Part shown: one piece after another, positions 28,448 to 35,828 of the stretch
Layout: each line of letters starts with the position of its first letter
Numbering within the stretch: position 1 is the stretch's first letter
Notes under the pieces: model-generated
What the model saw: the letters and a program-made list of their open reading frames with translations, nothing else
Databases searched by the model: none
Told to the model about the DNA's origin: nothing
IMG/VR virus record: IMGVR_UViG_3300012662_000001
Coordinates: 1 to 64,000 of that record
DNA length: 64,000 bases
Direction: 5' to 3' (one strand)
Source of the DNA: a virus
Position numbers and translations under genes: made by a program

Positions 28448-28495
28448 TGCCCCTCCTGACTGATTGTAACCACCTTTGAAAGAGAGCCGGACTTG
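28448..28495 (-). repeat. IR-R, 48-bp perfect inverted repeat
   Basis: exact reverse complement of 26692-26739. Confidence 0.95.
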
Positions 28496-28508
28496 CAGTT
28501 AATTAAAT

Positions 28509-29684
28509 ATGGAAAAGAAATTTAGGTTTATAGACCTGTTCTGCGGAATAGGGGGGTTCCATCAGGCGTTGTCTGATCTGGGTGGTGAATGTGTCTTTGC
28601 AAGTGATATTGACAGGCACTGTCAGGATGTTTATGAAAGGAATTATGGACTGCGACCTGTTGGGGATATAACCAAGGTGGATGCGGCTGATATTCCGGAG
28701 TTTGATATTCTGTGTGGCGGATTTCCGTGTCAGGCCTTTTCCTGTGCGGGAAAGCAACTTGGATTTGATGACCCCACACGAGGAACGCTGTTCTTTGAGA
28801 TTATGAGAATAGTTCATCACCATCATCCAAAATATGTCTTTCTGGAAAACGTGCGTAATCTGTTGAATCACGACGACGGCAACACGTGGAGGGTGATTCA
28901 CGACTGTCTGGATGAGGCAGGATACAACGTGAATCCTCTTCCTATTGTCTTCAGTCCGCACTGGCTTGGCATTCCGCAGCATCGTGAAAGAGTGTTCATC
29001 ATTGCCGTCAGAGAGGATATCGGTACACCGCCTGACTTCACGTTTAGTGAACGTGCGTGGGAGATGGAGAATATCTTTCAGAGTGATGATGAGATTCAGG
29101 ACATTGAACGATACAGACTAAAGCCGGAGGTCGTGAACATTCTTGATGGGTGGAATGAGTTGATTCAGAACATTCACACGGACGTGGTGCCGTGCAAGAT
29201 ATGGGCGAAGTATCTCTGTGATCCTGAGGACGTGGTGTTTGATAAGGAGCCTTCTGATAGTCAGGTGAGAACCATTGAGCGCAATGTGATGCTCTATATG
29301 GAGAACAGAGACTTTATTGATGACTGGCTTATAAGGATGAACAGAAATCCTTTGTTTGGGACGTACTGGAATCGACTTGAATGGCAGGTGAAGGACAAGT
29401 CCGTGCGTGACATCTGGAAGTGCTATATGCAGAGACGTCAGACTGGAATTCGTGTCAGGGATTCCATCTGCTTTCCAACTCTTGTCGCTATGTCGGGACA
29501 GATTCCTATTGTCGGTTCAAGGAGACGATACCTGACACCGAGGGAGTGCGCCAGACTGCAGAGTTTTCCTGATTCATTCATAATAGATGACAATGTCAAG
29601 CAGGCCTACAAGCAGTTCGGGAACAGCGTGAACGTGGAATGTGTGAAGTTGTTCGCTATGATGATGCTTGATGTTATGAAGTAA
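28509..29684 (+). CDS. dcm: DNA (cytosine-5)-methyltransferase
   Basis: FIDLFCGIGGF (motif I), GGFPCQAFS (motif IV), ENV (VI), QHRERVF (VIII), QFGNSV (X). Confidence 0.9.
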   Translation: MEKKFRFIDLFCGIGGFHQALSDLGGECVFASDIDRHCQDVYERNYGLRPVGDITKVDAADIPEFDILCGGFPCQAFSCAGKQLGFDDPTRGTLFFEIMRIVHHHHPKYVFLENVRNLLNHDDGNTWRVIHDCLDEAGYNVNPLPIVFSPHWLGIPQHRERVFIIAVREDIGTPPDFTFSERAWEMENIFQSDDEIQDIERYRLKPEVVNILDGWNELIQNIHTDVVPCKIWAKYLCDPEDVVFDKEPSDSQVRTIERNVMLYMENRDFIDDWLIRMNRNPLFGTYWNRLEWQVKDKSVRDIWKCYMQRRQTGIRVRDSICFPTLVAMSGQIPIVGSRRRYLTPRECARLQSFPDSFIIDDNVKQAYKQFGNSVNVECVKLFAMMMLDVMK

Positions 29685-29721
29685 CACGTGGATGAACGTT
29701 TATGATTAGCACAGATTAAAT

Positions 29722-30168
29722 ATGGAAGAGAACATTGTCATTACAAGATTGAACGAGCTGTTGGGGTCTCACTTTGTCGTGATGACTCACACTTGGGGCT
29801 GTCACTGGAACGTGACAGGAATGGGATTTAAGGCGGCTCACGACTTTCTGAAGGAACTTTATGAAATGGAGCAGGAGCGTGTTGATGCCGTCGCTGAAAG
29901 AATTCGTGCTCTGGGTGGACTGGCTCCAGCGTCCGTGGAGGAGATGGAACACAGAACTCTTATACCACCGACTGACAGTTCATTAAGCAGCATCAATATG
30001 GTGTCAGCGTGGAACACTCTCAGTCGTCTATGGAATGGCATCATAGGGATCATTGAGGGCACACACAGGGTGGTTCCTGAGAATGACATCGCCACACGAT
30101 CATTTCTGGAGAATATGGCAGAGGAAATGCAGAAGGAACTATGGATGATTAAGGCAAATCTTGAATAG
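29722..30168 (+). CDS. dps: Dps-like ferritin (DNA-protection-during-starvation family)
   Basis: HWNVTGMGFKAAHDFLKELYEMEQERVDAVAERIRALGG matches the Dps ferroxidase-centre helix pattern; 148 aa is the typical size. Confidence 0.7.
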   Translation: MEENIVITRLNELLGSHFVVMTHTWGCHWNVTGMGFKAAHDFLKELYEMEQERVDAVAERIRALGGLAPASVEEMEHRTLIPPTDSSLSSINMVSAWNTLSRLWNGIIGIIEGTHRVVPENDIATRSFLENMAEEMQKELWMIKANLE

Positions 30169-30170
30169 GT

Positions 30171-30602
30171 ATGAAGTACAGCATCTGGAAGAGAATAGCG
30201 ATGGTGTTCAGTCCAAGGCGACTGGAACAGGCCATTGGCAGTGAGGTTCAAAAGGTGAACACGGAGTGGCACAGAGTGCTGAACTCCACCTACACTGACA
30301 GACCGCTTGACGCTGACGTGACACCGTTCGTGTCACTTCACGTGACAAAGGCAGGAATCTGGTGTGACGGCAGAAAGTGGAATAGGAGTGATGTTATGTT
30401 CCAGCAGAGAGCCGTGGGTGAGGCCGTTGACTTCAGTCCAAGGGTTATGCAGGAGTTCTGGGATGGAGCGGCCAAGGCTCTCGGTGAGTACATTCTGGAG
30501 CACGGCTATGGTCAGATAGTGCTTTCCACCGACCCTATGGACAGGAATGTGAAGATTGCCAATGTGCGTCTGAACGCATATAATCCAGAAAAGGATAAAT
30601 AA
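30171..30602 (+). CDS. hypothetical protein
   Basis: 143-codon ORF. Confidence 0.5.
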   Translation: MKYSIWKRIAMVFSPRRLEQAIGSEVQKVNTEWHRVLNSTYTDRPLDADVTPFVSLHVTKAGIWCDGRKWNRSDVMFQQRAVGEAVDFSPRVMQEFWDGAAKALGEYILEHGYGQIVLSTDPMDRNVKIANVRLNAYNPEKDK

Positions 30603-30618
30603 CTAAAAACATACGATT

Positions 30619-30819
30619 ATGAGAGCTTTGGCATTGATTCAGGGTGTGTTTGTGGTGCTGGCGGTGCTTGTGTTCAGCGGTCTGAGCATCACGTGGGTGT
30701 TTGCAGGAACTGGACTGTTCTTCTTTGCGGTGGATTGCATTGTCTTCTATGACATTGTTCGTGGCAGGAAGGGAACTCCGGTGGACAGGTTCGTTCGGTG
30801 GCTTACTGAAAAATCATAA
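30619..30819 (+). CDS. small membrane protein (two TM segments)
   Basis: hydrophobic stretches ALIQGVFVVLAVLVFSGL and VFAGTGLFFFAVDCIVF. Confidence 0.5.
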   Translation: MRALALIQGVFVVLAVLVFSGLSITWVFAGTGLFFFAVDCIVFYDIVRGRKGTPVDRFVRWLTEKS

Positions 30820-30856
30820 CAGTACACTTTTCATATAGTTTTACCAAATGTTGACA

Positions 30857-30895
30857 GCAGCGGTCAGGACGTGAGTTCCGACCGTTGCTATTTTG
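30857..30895 (+). terminator. rho-independent terminator
   Basis: AGCAGCGGTC...GACCGTTGCT followed by ATTTTG. Confidence 0.6.
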
Positions 30896-30912
30896 TGAAA
30901 ATTCCGGAATGA

Positions 30913-30946
30913 TTCTTGGATATTCCAGGACGATTATGCAACTTTG
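30913..30946 (+). promoter_or_regulatory. promoter/operator cassette P3
   Basis: TTCTTGGATATTCCAGGA, then CAACTTTG. Confidence 0.55.
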
Positions 30947-30972
30947 CATCTGTAATTAAAACACACCGAACA

Positions 30973-31287
30973 ATGAAGTCACTAAAAAAAGTACTGAGAA
31001 ATCTTCTCACCAAGTCTGTGTCCAGACACATCTATATCAATGACAAGTCCGTTGAGGAACGTCTAGCTCTAATCTCCAGAGCGCACACGACCTACTTCAG
31101 CAGGGTTAATCTCATAAATTATGAGGATACGGTGCGTGGCTGGTTTGAATCAGCCGGATTCGTGGTGCGTCAGGCGTATTCCGACATCACACCGTTCACG
31201 GCCCGAATCACTGTCAATCTCTCCTACCTGAACGCTGATGGCAGCGTGGCTTCACGTGTTGTTGAACTGTTCACCAGAATCGCATAG
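30973..31287 (+). CDS. hypothetical protein upstream of the sigma factor
   Basis: ATG at 30973 chosen because P3 lies inside the longer ORF. Confidence 0.5.
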   Translation: MKSLKKVLRNLLTKSVSRHIYINDKSVEERLALISRAHTTYFSRVNLINYEDTVRGWFESAGFVVRQAYSDITPFTARITVNLSYLNADGSVASRVVELFTRIA

Positions 31288-31290
31288 ACT

Positions 31291-31905
31291 ATGGCGTACG
31301 TTATGAAGAGAACAAGGAGGGAAGCGGACTTCTTTCTCGTGCAGAGGGCAATCTGCGGTGATCAGTCCGCCTACACGAGAATCTATGAGGACTATCAGAA
31401 GTCCGTGCGCTATGCCGTTTCAAGAATTCTGTACAGAAGACCGATGGACGTGGAGGACGTGTGCATAGAGACGTTCGAGAGGGCGTTTTCTCTACTGCAC
31501 AGATTCCAGCCTGACTATCAGCTGTCGGCCTGGCTTGTTAGAATAGCGTCCAACAGAGCGCTGGACTGTCTGCGGAGGGGTGGTAGAATGGACATCACCT
31601 CGGTGGACGCCACCGCTGACGATGACAGTCCCGTGCTGGAGCTTCAGTTGATGGATGACGCACCGCTTCCAACGGAGCAGGTGGAACGCACGCAGGACAT
31701 ATCCTATCTGGAGACGCTTATTGCGGATCTTCCAAGCAATGAGCGTGACGCACTTCGTATGAAGTGTCTGGACGGTCTTTCCAGTGATGAGTGCGCCGAG
31801 CAGATGGGAACGACCAGACGCACCGTGCGGCACTCCGTGCGTGACGGCATACGTCACCTGAAGGATATGGTGGATGAGAATGATGTTGAACTTAGAAGCA
31901 GATAA
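31291..31905 (+). CDS. ECF-type sigma-70 family RNA polymerase sigma factor
   Basis: region 2: FERAFSLLHRFQPDYQLSAWLVRIASNRALDCLRR; region 4 HTH: ERDALRMKCLDGLSSDECAEQMGTTRRTVRHSVRDGIRHLK. Confidence 0.8.
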   Translation: MAYVMKRTRREADFFLVQRAICGDQSAYTRIYEDYQKSVRYAVSRILYRRPMDVEDVCIETFERAFSLLHRFQPDYQLSAWLVRIASNRALDCLRRGGRMDITSVDATADDDSPVLELQLMDDAPLPTEQVERTQDISYLETLIADLPSNERDALRMKCLDGLSSDECAEQMGTTRRTVRHSVRDGIRHLKDMVDENDVELRSR

Positions 31906-31911
31906 TGTATT

Positions 31912-32214
31912 ATGGCATCGTGTGAGATAAGCACCCTCCGCACGAGGGTAAGACAGGGGACAGGGGTCTCCATAGACCGCAGCACCCTGAAATATGAATG
32001 GGTCGAGGGCGGCAGCAATGGAATTCAGACATTCTTTATGACCGCTGATGAGTTGGAGGCCTTTGATGAAAAGCAGATGAAGAAGTTCGGGCGGTTGAAC
32101 CTGAAGACAATGAGGACGGAAAGGTGGGTGAAGGATCACTGGGAAACGGATAAGAGTGATGAGCCGACCGCTGATGAAATGGAGGAAACAGACTATGACG
32201 AAGAGAGTGAATAA
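31912..32214 (+). CDS. hypothetical acidic protein
   Basis: 100-codon ORF. Confidence 0.4.
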   Translation: MASCEISTLRTRVRQGTGVSIDRSTLKYEWVEGGSNGIQTFFMTADELEAFDEKQMKKFGRLNLKTMRTERWVKDHWETDKSDEPTADEMEETDYDEESE

Positions 32215-32680
32215 CGCAGACCCGAGAGTGGAAGCCATAAGACAGTCCATAGACGAAAGCAGCATTCCAGAGGAGATGGCCTCCTGTATGGTGATGGCCA
32301 CGGCTATGGAGACAGTGATGAATGACGTTATGGAGCGCATCAGGACGAGATACAAGGCCGCTGGACTTGACGTCAGGGGCAATGACGTGCTCAAGGGGCT
32401 AAGGGGCTACTGTCAGGCCGTGAAGACGGCTGGCTACTGGTTCGATAGAGAGGTTGAGCCGAGGAACGTCGAGTGCACCTTTGGAACATACGGAACGGCC
32501 ACCTCCTATGACGGCTTTCGTGCAAGATGCGGTAAGGTGGCTGAACTTGTTTCTATGATTGTGCAGGCAAGCAAGGATCCCTCCGCAATGGAGAAAATTA
32601 GAGACGCAGCGAGAGAAGCGGCTCGTGACCGAGGTGTTACCCTTGAGGACTGGACACGGCTACATTTAAGGACAGAATAA
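32195..32680 (+). CDS. hypothetical protein
   Basis: ORF 32156..32680; the internal ATG at 32195 minimises overlap. Confidence 0.45.
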   Translation: MTKRVNNADPRVEAIRQSIDESSIPEEMASCMVMATAMETVMNDVMERIRTRYKAAGLDVRGNDVLKGLRGYCQAVKTAGYWFDREVEPRNVECTFGTYGTATSYDGFRARCGKVAELVSMIVQASKDPSAMEKIRDAAREAARDRGVTLEDWTRLHLRTE

Positions 32681-32705
32681 TAGTGAAACTAATAAATGAG
32701 ATGTT

Positions 32706-33242
32706 ATGAACTTCTATGAAGCGGCAATACAGGCGGTCTGCACCGCCTATGAGATAACGCCCGAGACGCTGAAAGGCGAATGTCGGGATGAACGAATAGT
32801 GGAAGCGAGAAAGTGGTACTGTCTGCTGACCTCTCCACGACCTCTGGTGCAGTCCGGACGTCACATAAATCGTGATCACGCCACCGTACTGCATCATCGC
32901 AGGGAGATGCGTGACACTCTGGGGCTTTATTCCATCTACAGAGAGCGATGGCTTGTTATGAAGAAGCTCTTTGACAGAATATTGATGGAGGGGCGACTGA
33001 ATGAGTGTTCTGTGGGTGTGGTTGAATATAGGAGTCAGTGGAAGTCCTATCGGGATCTGCTGTCAGCCGCCGAGAGAGCGCGACGTAAACTGGAGGAGAT
33101 GTCCACGTCCGTCGCAGGTGAGCCGTGCGTGGTGTGTGAGAACGGTGACGGTGAGTTCCACGTGATAAGGGTTAAGAACAGACTTGCCGAGCCGCTGCAT
33201 CTGGAGTGTATGCTGAACATTATAAAAGAAAGAAACAAGTAA
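32706..33242 (+). CDS. protein with DnaA domain IV-like HTH (Bac_DnaA_C-like) N-terminal domain
   Basis: RDERIVEARKWYCLLTS...SGRHINRDHATVLHHRREM resembles the DnaA C-terminal DNA-binding signature (...R..a.yl...G..f.rDHtTV.ha). Confidence 0.5.
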   Translation: MNFYEAAIQAVCTAYEITPETLKGECRDERIVEARKWYCLLTSPRPLVQSGRHINRDHATVLHHRREMRDTLGLYSIYRERWLVMKKLFDRILMEGRLNECSVGVVEYRSQWKSYRDLLSAAERARRKLEEMSTSVAGEPCVVCENGDGEFHVIRVKNRLAEPLHLECMLNIIKERNK

Positions 33243-33264
33243 CAATCAATAAAAGAAGGAAATT

Positions 33265-33645
33265 ATGAAGATTGATGAATGTATTGAGATTCTGAATGCC
33301 GTAAGGCAGGGGAAGCCCCTTGAGTATAGAGTTAAGGGAACGATGACGTGGTTGACAAAAGAGGACGTTCTTGATTCTGATGGGTGTCCATCACTTAACT
33401 TTGATGAGGAGGATTATCGTGTGAAGGAGGACAGATACAGAGCCTATGGGATGGAGGAGTTCGTGAATGATGCGTGCAATCACGAGTGTATGCTTATGAG
33501 GAAGAGGGGTGGAGGACAGGTTCTTGTTCCATCCGCTATCAGTGACAGCGGTGTTCAGTGTGGGGACTTTCGATTCAATTACTCTGAACTCCTGGACAGA
33601 CTCGTGTGGTATGATGATGGAACGCCTGTGGGTGTGAAGCTGTAG
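33265..33645 (+). CDS. hypothetical protein
   Basis: 126-codon ORF. Confidence 0.5.
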   Translation: MKIDECIEILNAVRQGKPLEYRVKGTMTWLTKEDVLDSDGCPSLNFDEEDYRVKEDRYRAYGMEEFVNDACNHECMLMRKRGGGQVLVPSAISDSGVQCGDFRFNYSELLDRLVWYDDGTPVGVKL

Positions 33646-33715
33646 AGCGGAGCAGGGTGCATAATCAGATCTTATCACCCTCGATAAGCGAAACTTATGG
33701 TCTGTTATAATTGGT

Positions 33716-33762
33716 AGGCATACAGAGAATCCGGAGAATGATCCTGACCCTGTATGCCTTTT
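33716..33762 (+). terminator. 10-bp stem hairpin followed by a T-tract
   Basis: AGGCATACAG...CTGTATGCCT then TTT. Confidence 0.5.
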
Positions 33763-34422
33763 CGTGTGAACTCCGAAGGATGTTCACACCTGGAACGTTC
33801 GAACAGAACGTTCCCCAACTTCCTGATACTCAGGACACCCTCCTATTTCTATGATAAGCATTTCTTATAATTGATGATAATCCTTCCTTATATTGAGCAT
33901 ACAGACAGGGGGCTGTATGGAGGGGTCGGCTTGGGTGGGCACAGAAGGGATTATAGGGGTTGGAGGTGGTCGGTTTAGATGGAGGGGTTCTGGGTATTTA
34001 GAGCCGTGCGGAAACCTCCGTTCCTAAATCCCTTTCGCTCACGTCAGGGTTGTTTTCGAGAGAAATTGAACGATGATAGGGATGTCTGAGGTGGGTGATA
34101 TCCTATACAGTGGTGCAGTAAGGCAAACTCCGGGAATTTCGGTACTTAACGGAAGCTCATCGGGACAGGCGGATGCCGAGATTTTGTGAAAAATAGGGTG
34201 TGAAAATGACGTGAAAAACATAATCGACTGATAATGAGTGACCAATTTCAAATGTAAAGTGGGTGATAACAAAATCCCAGAGGGTATTAAAACGAAATTA
34301 AGGTAAAATCCCGAAATTCCGTAAAATGTAAAGCGGTTTACAGACGTCATTCCTATAACTCCCCTCAGGTATCCCGAGTTATGATGATTAAAATTGTAAG
34401 TTGGTGAAATTTCGTGGAAATT

Positions 34423-34455
34423 TCATTGGATATTCCAGAATATATGCCAACTTTG
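34423..34455 (+). promoter_or_regulatory. promoter/operator cassette P4
   Basis: TCATTGGATATTCCAGAA, then CAACTTTG (19-nt spacer). Confidence 0.55.
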
Positions 34456-34513
34456 CCCCATAACTACTAAAATCACCGACATCGGTGATAATGTTTGCTT
34501 ATAATAGAAACTT

Positions 34514-34696
34514 ATGGATATGACAACAAAGGAGAGAAACGCACACATCGTGCGAAATGCGGTGGCCACGTCGGACACCATCACAGTACGTCTCGGGGAT
34601 GGAACTGAACTGGAGTTTCATCACACCAAGAGCACGGCAGGACGCCTGTTCAGGGAGGAACTTGCCAGAATAGTGGAGCAGTATCTATTGGCATAA
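34514..34696 (+). CDS. hypothetical small protein
   Basis: 60-codon ORF behind P4. Confidence 0.4.
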   Translation: MDMTTKERNAHIVRNAVATSDTITVRLGDGTELEFHHTKSTAGRLFREELARIVEQYLLA

Positions 34697-34738
34697 TGAA
34701 AACTTATAATTAGAACTCCTGTATAGAAAGTCTCCTAT

Positions 34739-34873
34739 ATGGAGCAGGGTTCGTCAGCCGTTCACGTCACGACCTATGAGGGCAGACTGACACGGAGTGA
34801 GGTCGTGGAATTTCTGGGTCTAAACAGACCTGATGTCGTGTGGTACGAGGTCAATCTCGTGGGCATAAAGTAA
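34739..34873 (+). CDS. possible 44-aa HTH (excisionase/AlpA-like) protein, below the ORF-track cutoff
   Basis: MEQGSSAVHVTTYEGRLTRSEVVEFLGLNRPDVVWYEVNLVGIK; terminator hairpin follows at 34883-34910. Confidence 0.3.
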   Translation: MEQGSSAVHVTTYEGRLTRSEVVEFLGLNRPDVVWYEVNLVGIK

Positions 34874-34882
34874 AACTGATGG

Positions 34883-34910
34883 ATGGAGGACAGTGAAGTC
34901 CTCCATTTAT
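34883..34910 (+). terminator. hairpin terminator
   Basis: ATGGAGGAC-agtgaa-GTCCTCCAT followed by TTAT. Confidence 0.55.
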
Positions 34911-34929
34911 CATATATGATAAATGAAAA

Positions 34930-35163
34930 ATGGACGAAGAGAAATACTATTGTGCAAACTGTAGATTCTGGGAAGCAGGAGAATTGTGGCAGTCTACTCC
35001 TATAAATATGGAGAGAAGGATTCCAACGACTGTCATCGCACAGGGAACGTGTCACGTCACAGGCAGACCCTATGGACGAATGAATTATATGCCTATATGC
35101 AGACGATTTGAACGAGGATTATATGAAAATCCAGGAATGATTTCACGGAATTTCCAGAAATAG
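34930..35163 (+). CDS. hypothetical Cys-rich small protein
   Basis: YYCANCRFW...C..C pattern. Confidence 0.4.
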   Translation: MDEEKYYCANCRFWEAGELWQSTPINMERRIPTTVIAQGTCHVTGRPYGRMNYMPICRRFERGLYENPGMISRNFQK

Positions 35164-35196
35164 TCTTGGAAGTTTCCAGAAATAGCCCCAACTTTG
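35163..35196 (+). promoter_or_regulatory. promoter/operator cassette P5 (preceded by a tandem half-copy at 35140-35160)
   Basis: GTCTTGGAAGTTTCCAGAAATAG, then CAACTTTG. GGAATTTCCAGAAATAG lies immediately upstream. Confidence 0.5.
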
Positions 35197-35259
35197 CATC
35201 GTTGGTTCAGTTGAGTGCTGCCAACAGGGTTGAAAGTTTAACATCTAAATAATTTCGTT

Positions 35260-35763
35260 ATGAACACAGCAATCATTCTTCCGGACGTCACATTCTCAAT
35301 GAGAGAGCACATCCTCGCCAAGGACAAGACGGCAATGAAGTATGTCAACAGGACACAGATTCAGGCAGAAATCAACCTCCTACTTGGAAACATTCAAAAG
35401 GCAGGTGTGAACATCGTTCCTCCACAGAAGGAGGTGAAGTCCAAGACTGACCTTATGGACGTGTACGGCTGGCTCTACAAGGAATGTGAAAAGTACAATG
35501 CTGAGGTTCTGACCGAGCGTCAGCGCAAGGTCGAGCAGGAATCATCGGAGCAGGTGGCTGCACCCAATGGACACAAGCACAAGGCCGCACGTCTCAAGGA
35601 CGCCAGCGACAGGCTCCAGAGATACAGTGACGAGCTGAAGCAGCGTAAGGCAGGTGACACTATGGGGCTGGACGCCAGAGGTCAGAAGCACCGCATCGCA
35701 AGTCTAAAGCGCAAAATCGCTCGTGCTGAAGCAAGTCTGAAGAAACTTCAGGAAATTTCCTAA
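35260..35763 (+). CDS. hypothetical protein (basic, coiled-coil C-terminus)
   Basis: 167-codon ORF. Confidence 0.5.
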   Translation: MNTAIILPDVTFSMREHILAKDKTAMKYVNRTQIQAEINLLLGNIQKAGVNIVPPQKEVKSKTDLMDVYGWLYKECEKYNAEVLTERQRKVEQESSEQVAAPNGHKHKAARLKDASDRLQRYSDELKQRKAGDTMGLDARGQKHRIASLKRKIARAEASLKKLQEIS

Positions 35764-35771
35764 TCAAGCCG

Positions 35772-35801
35772 TAGGAAATCCAGGAAATCGTACTATCTTT
35801 G
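35772..35801 (+). promoter_or_regulatory. promoter/operator cassette P6 (degenerate -33)
   Basis: TAGGAAATCCAGGAA, then TATCTTTG, then the TAATCATTAAATCAC leader. Confidence 0.45.
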
Positions 35802-35828
35802 CATCGTAATCATTAAATCACACACGCT

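Noticed and set aside
27703-28473. Independent 256-aa minus-strand gene starting at GTG 28473, as given in the ORF track
   Set aside because: The proposed GTG lies inside the 48-bp repeat, and the frame stays open through the whole repeat with the same peptide as the plus-strand gene. No ATG or promoter box precedes it. It is better explained as a silent cassette activated by inversion.
26692-28495. Diversity-generating retroelement (template/variable repeat) as an explanation for the repeated segment in the BACON gene
   Set aside because: The repeat is perfect (no adenine-specific mismatches), inverted, and located at the constant/variable junction rather than in the variable C-terminus. 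No reverse transcriptase gene is present in the window.
31492-32394. 300-aa minus-strand ORF
   Set aside because: It lies entirely antisense to the well-supported ECF sigma gene and its plus-strand neighbours, has no motifs and a Ser/Leu/His-rich shadow-ORF composition.
34039-34350. 103-aa minus-strand ORF in the large non-coding region
   Set aside because: It overlaps the short-repeat region, has an odd composition, lacks a promoter box or neighbouring minus-strand genes, and its region looks regulatory or structural.
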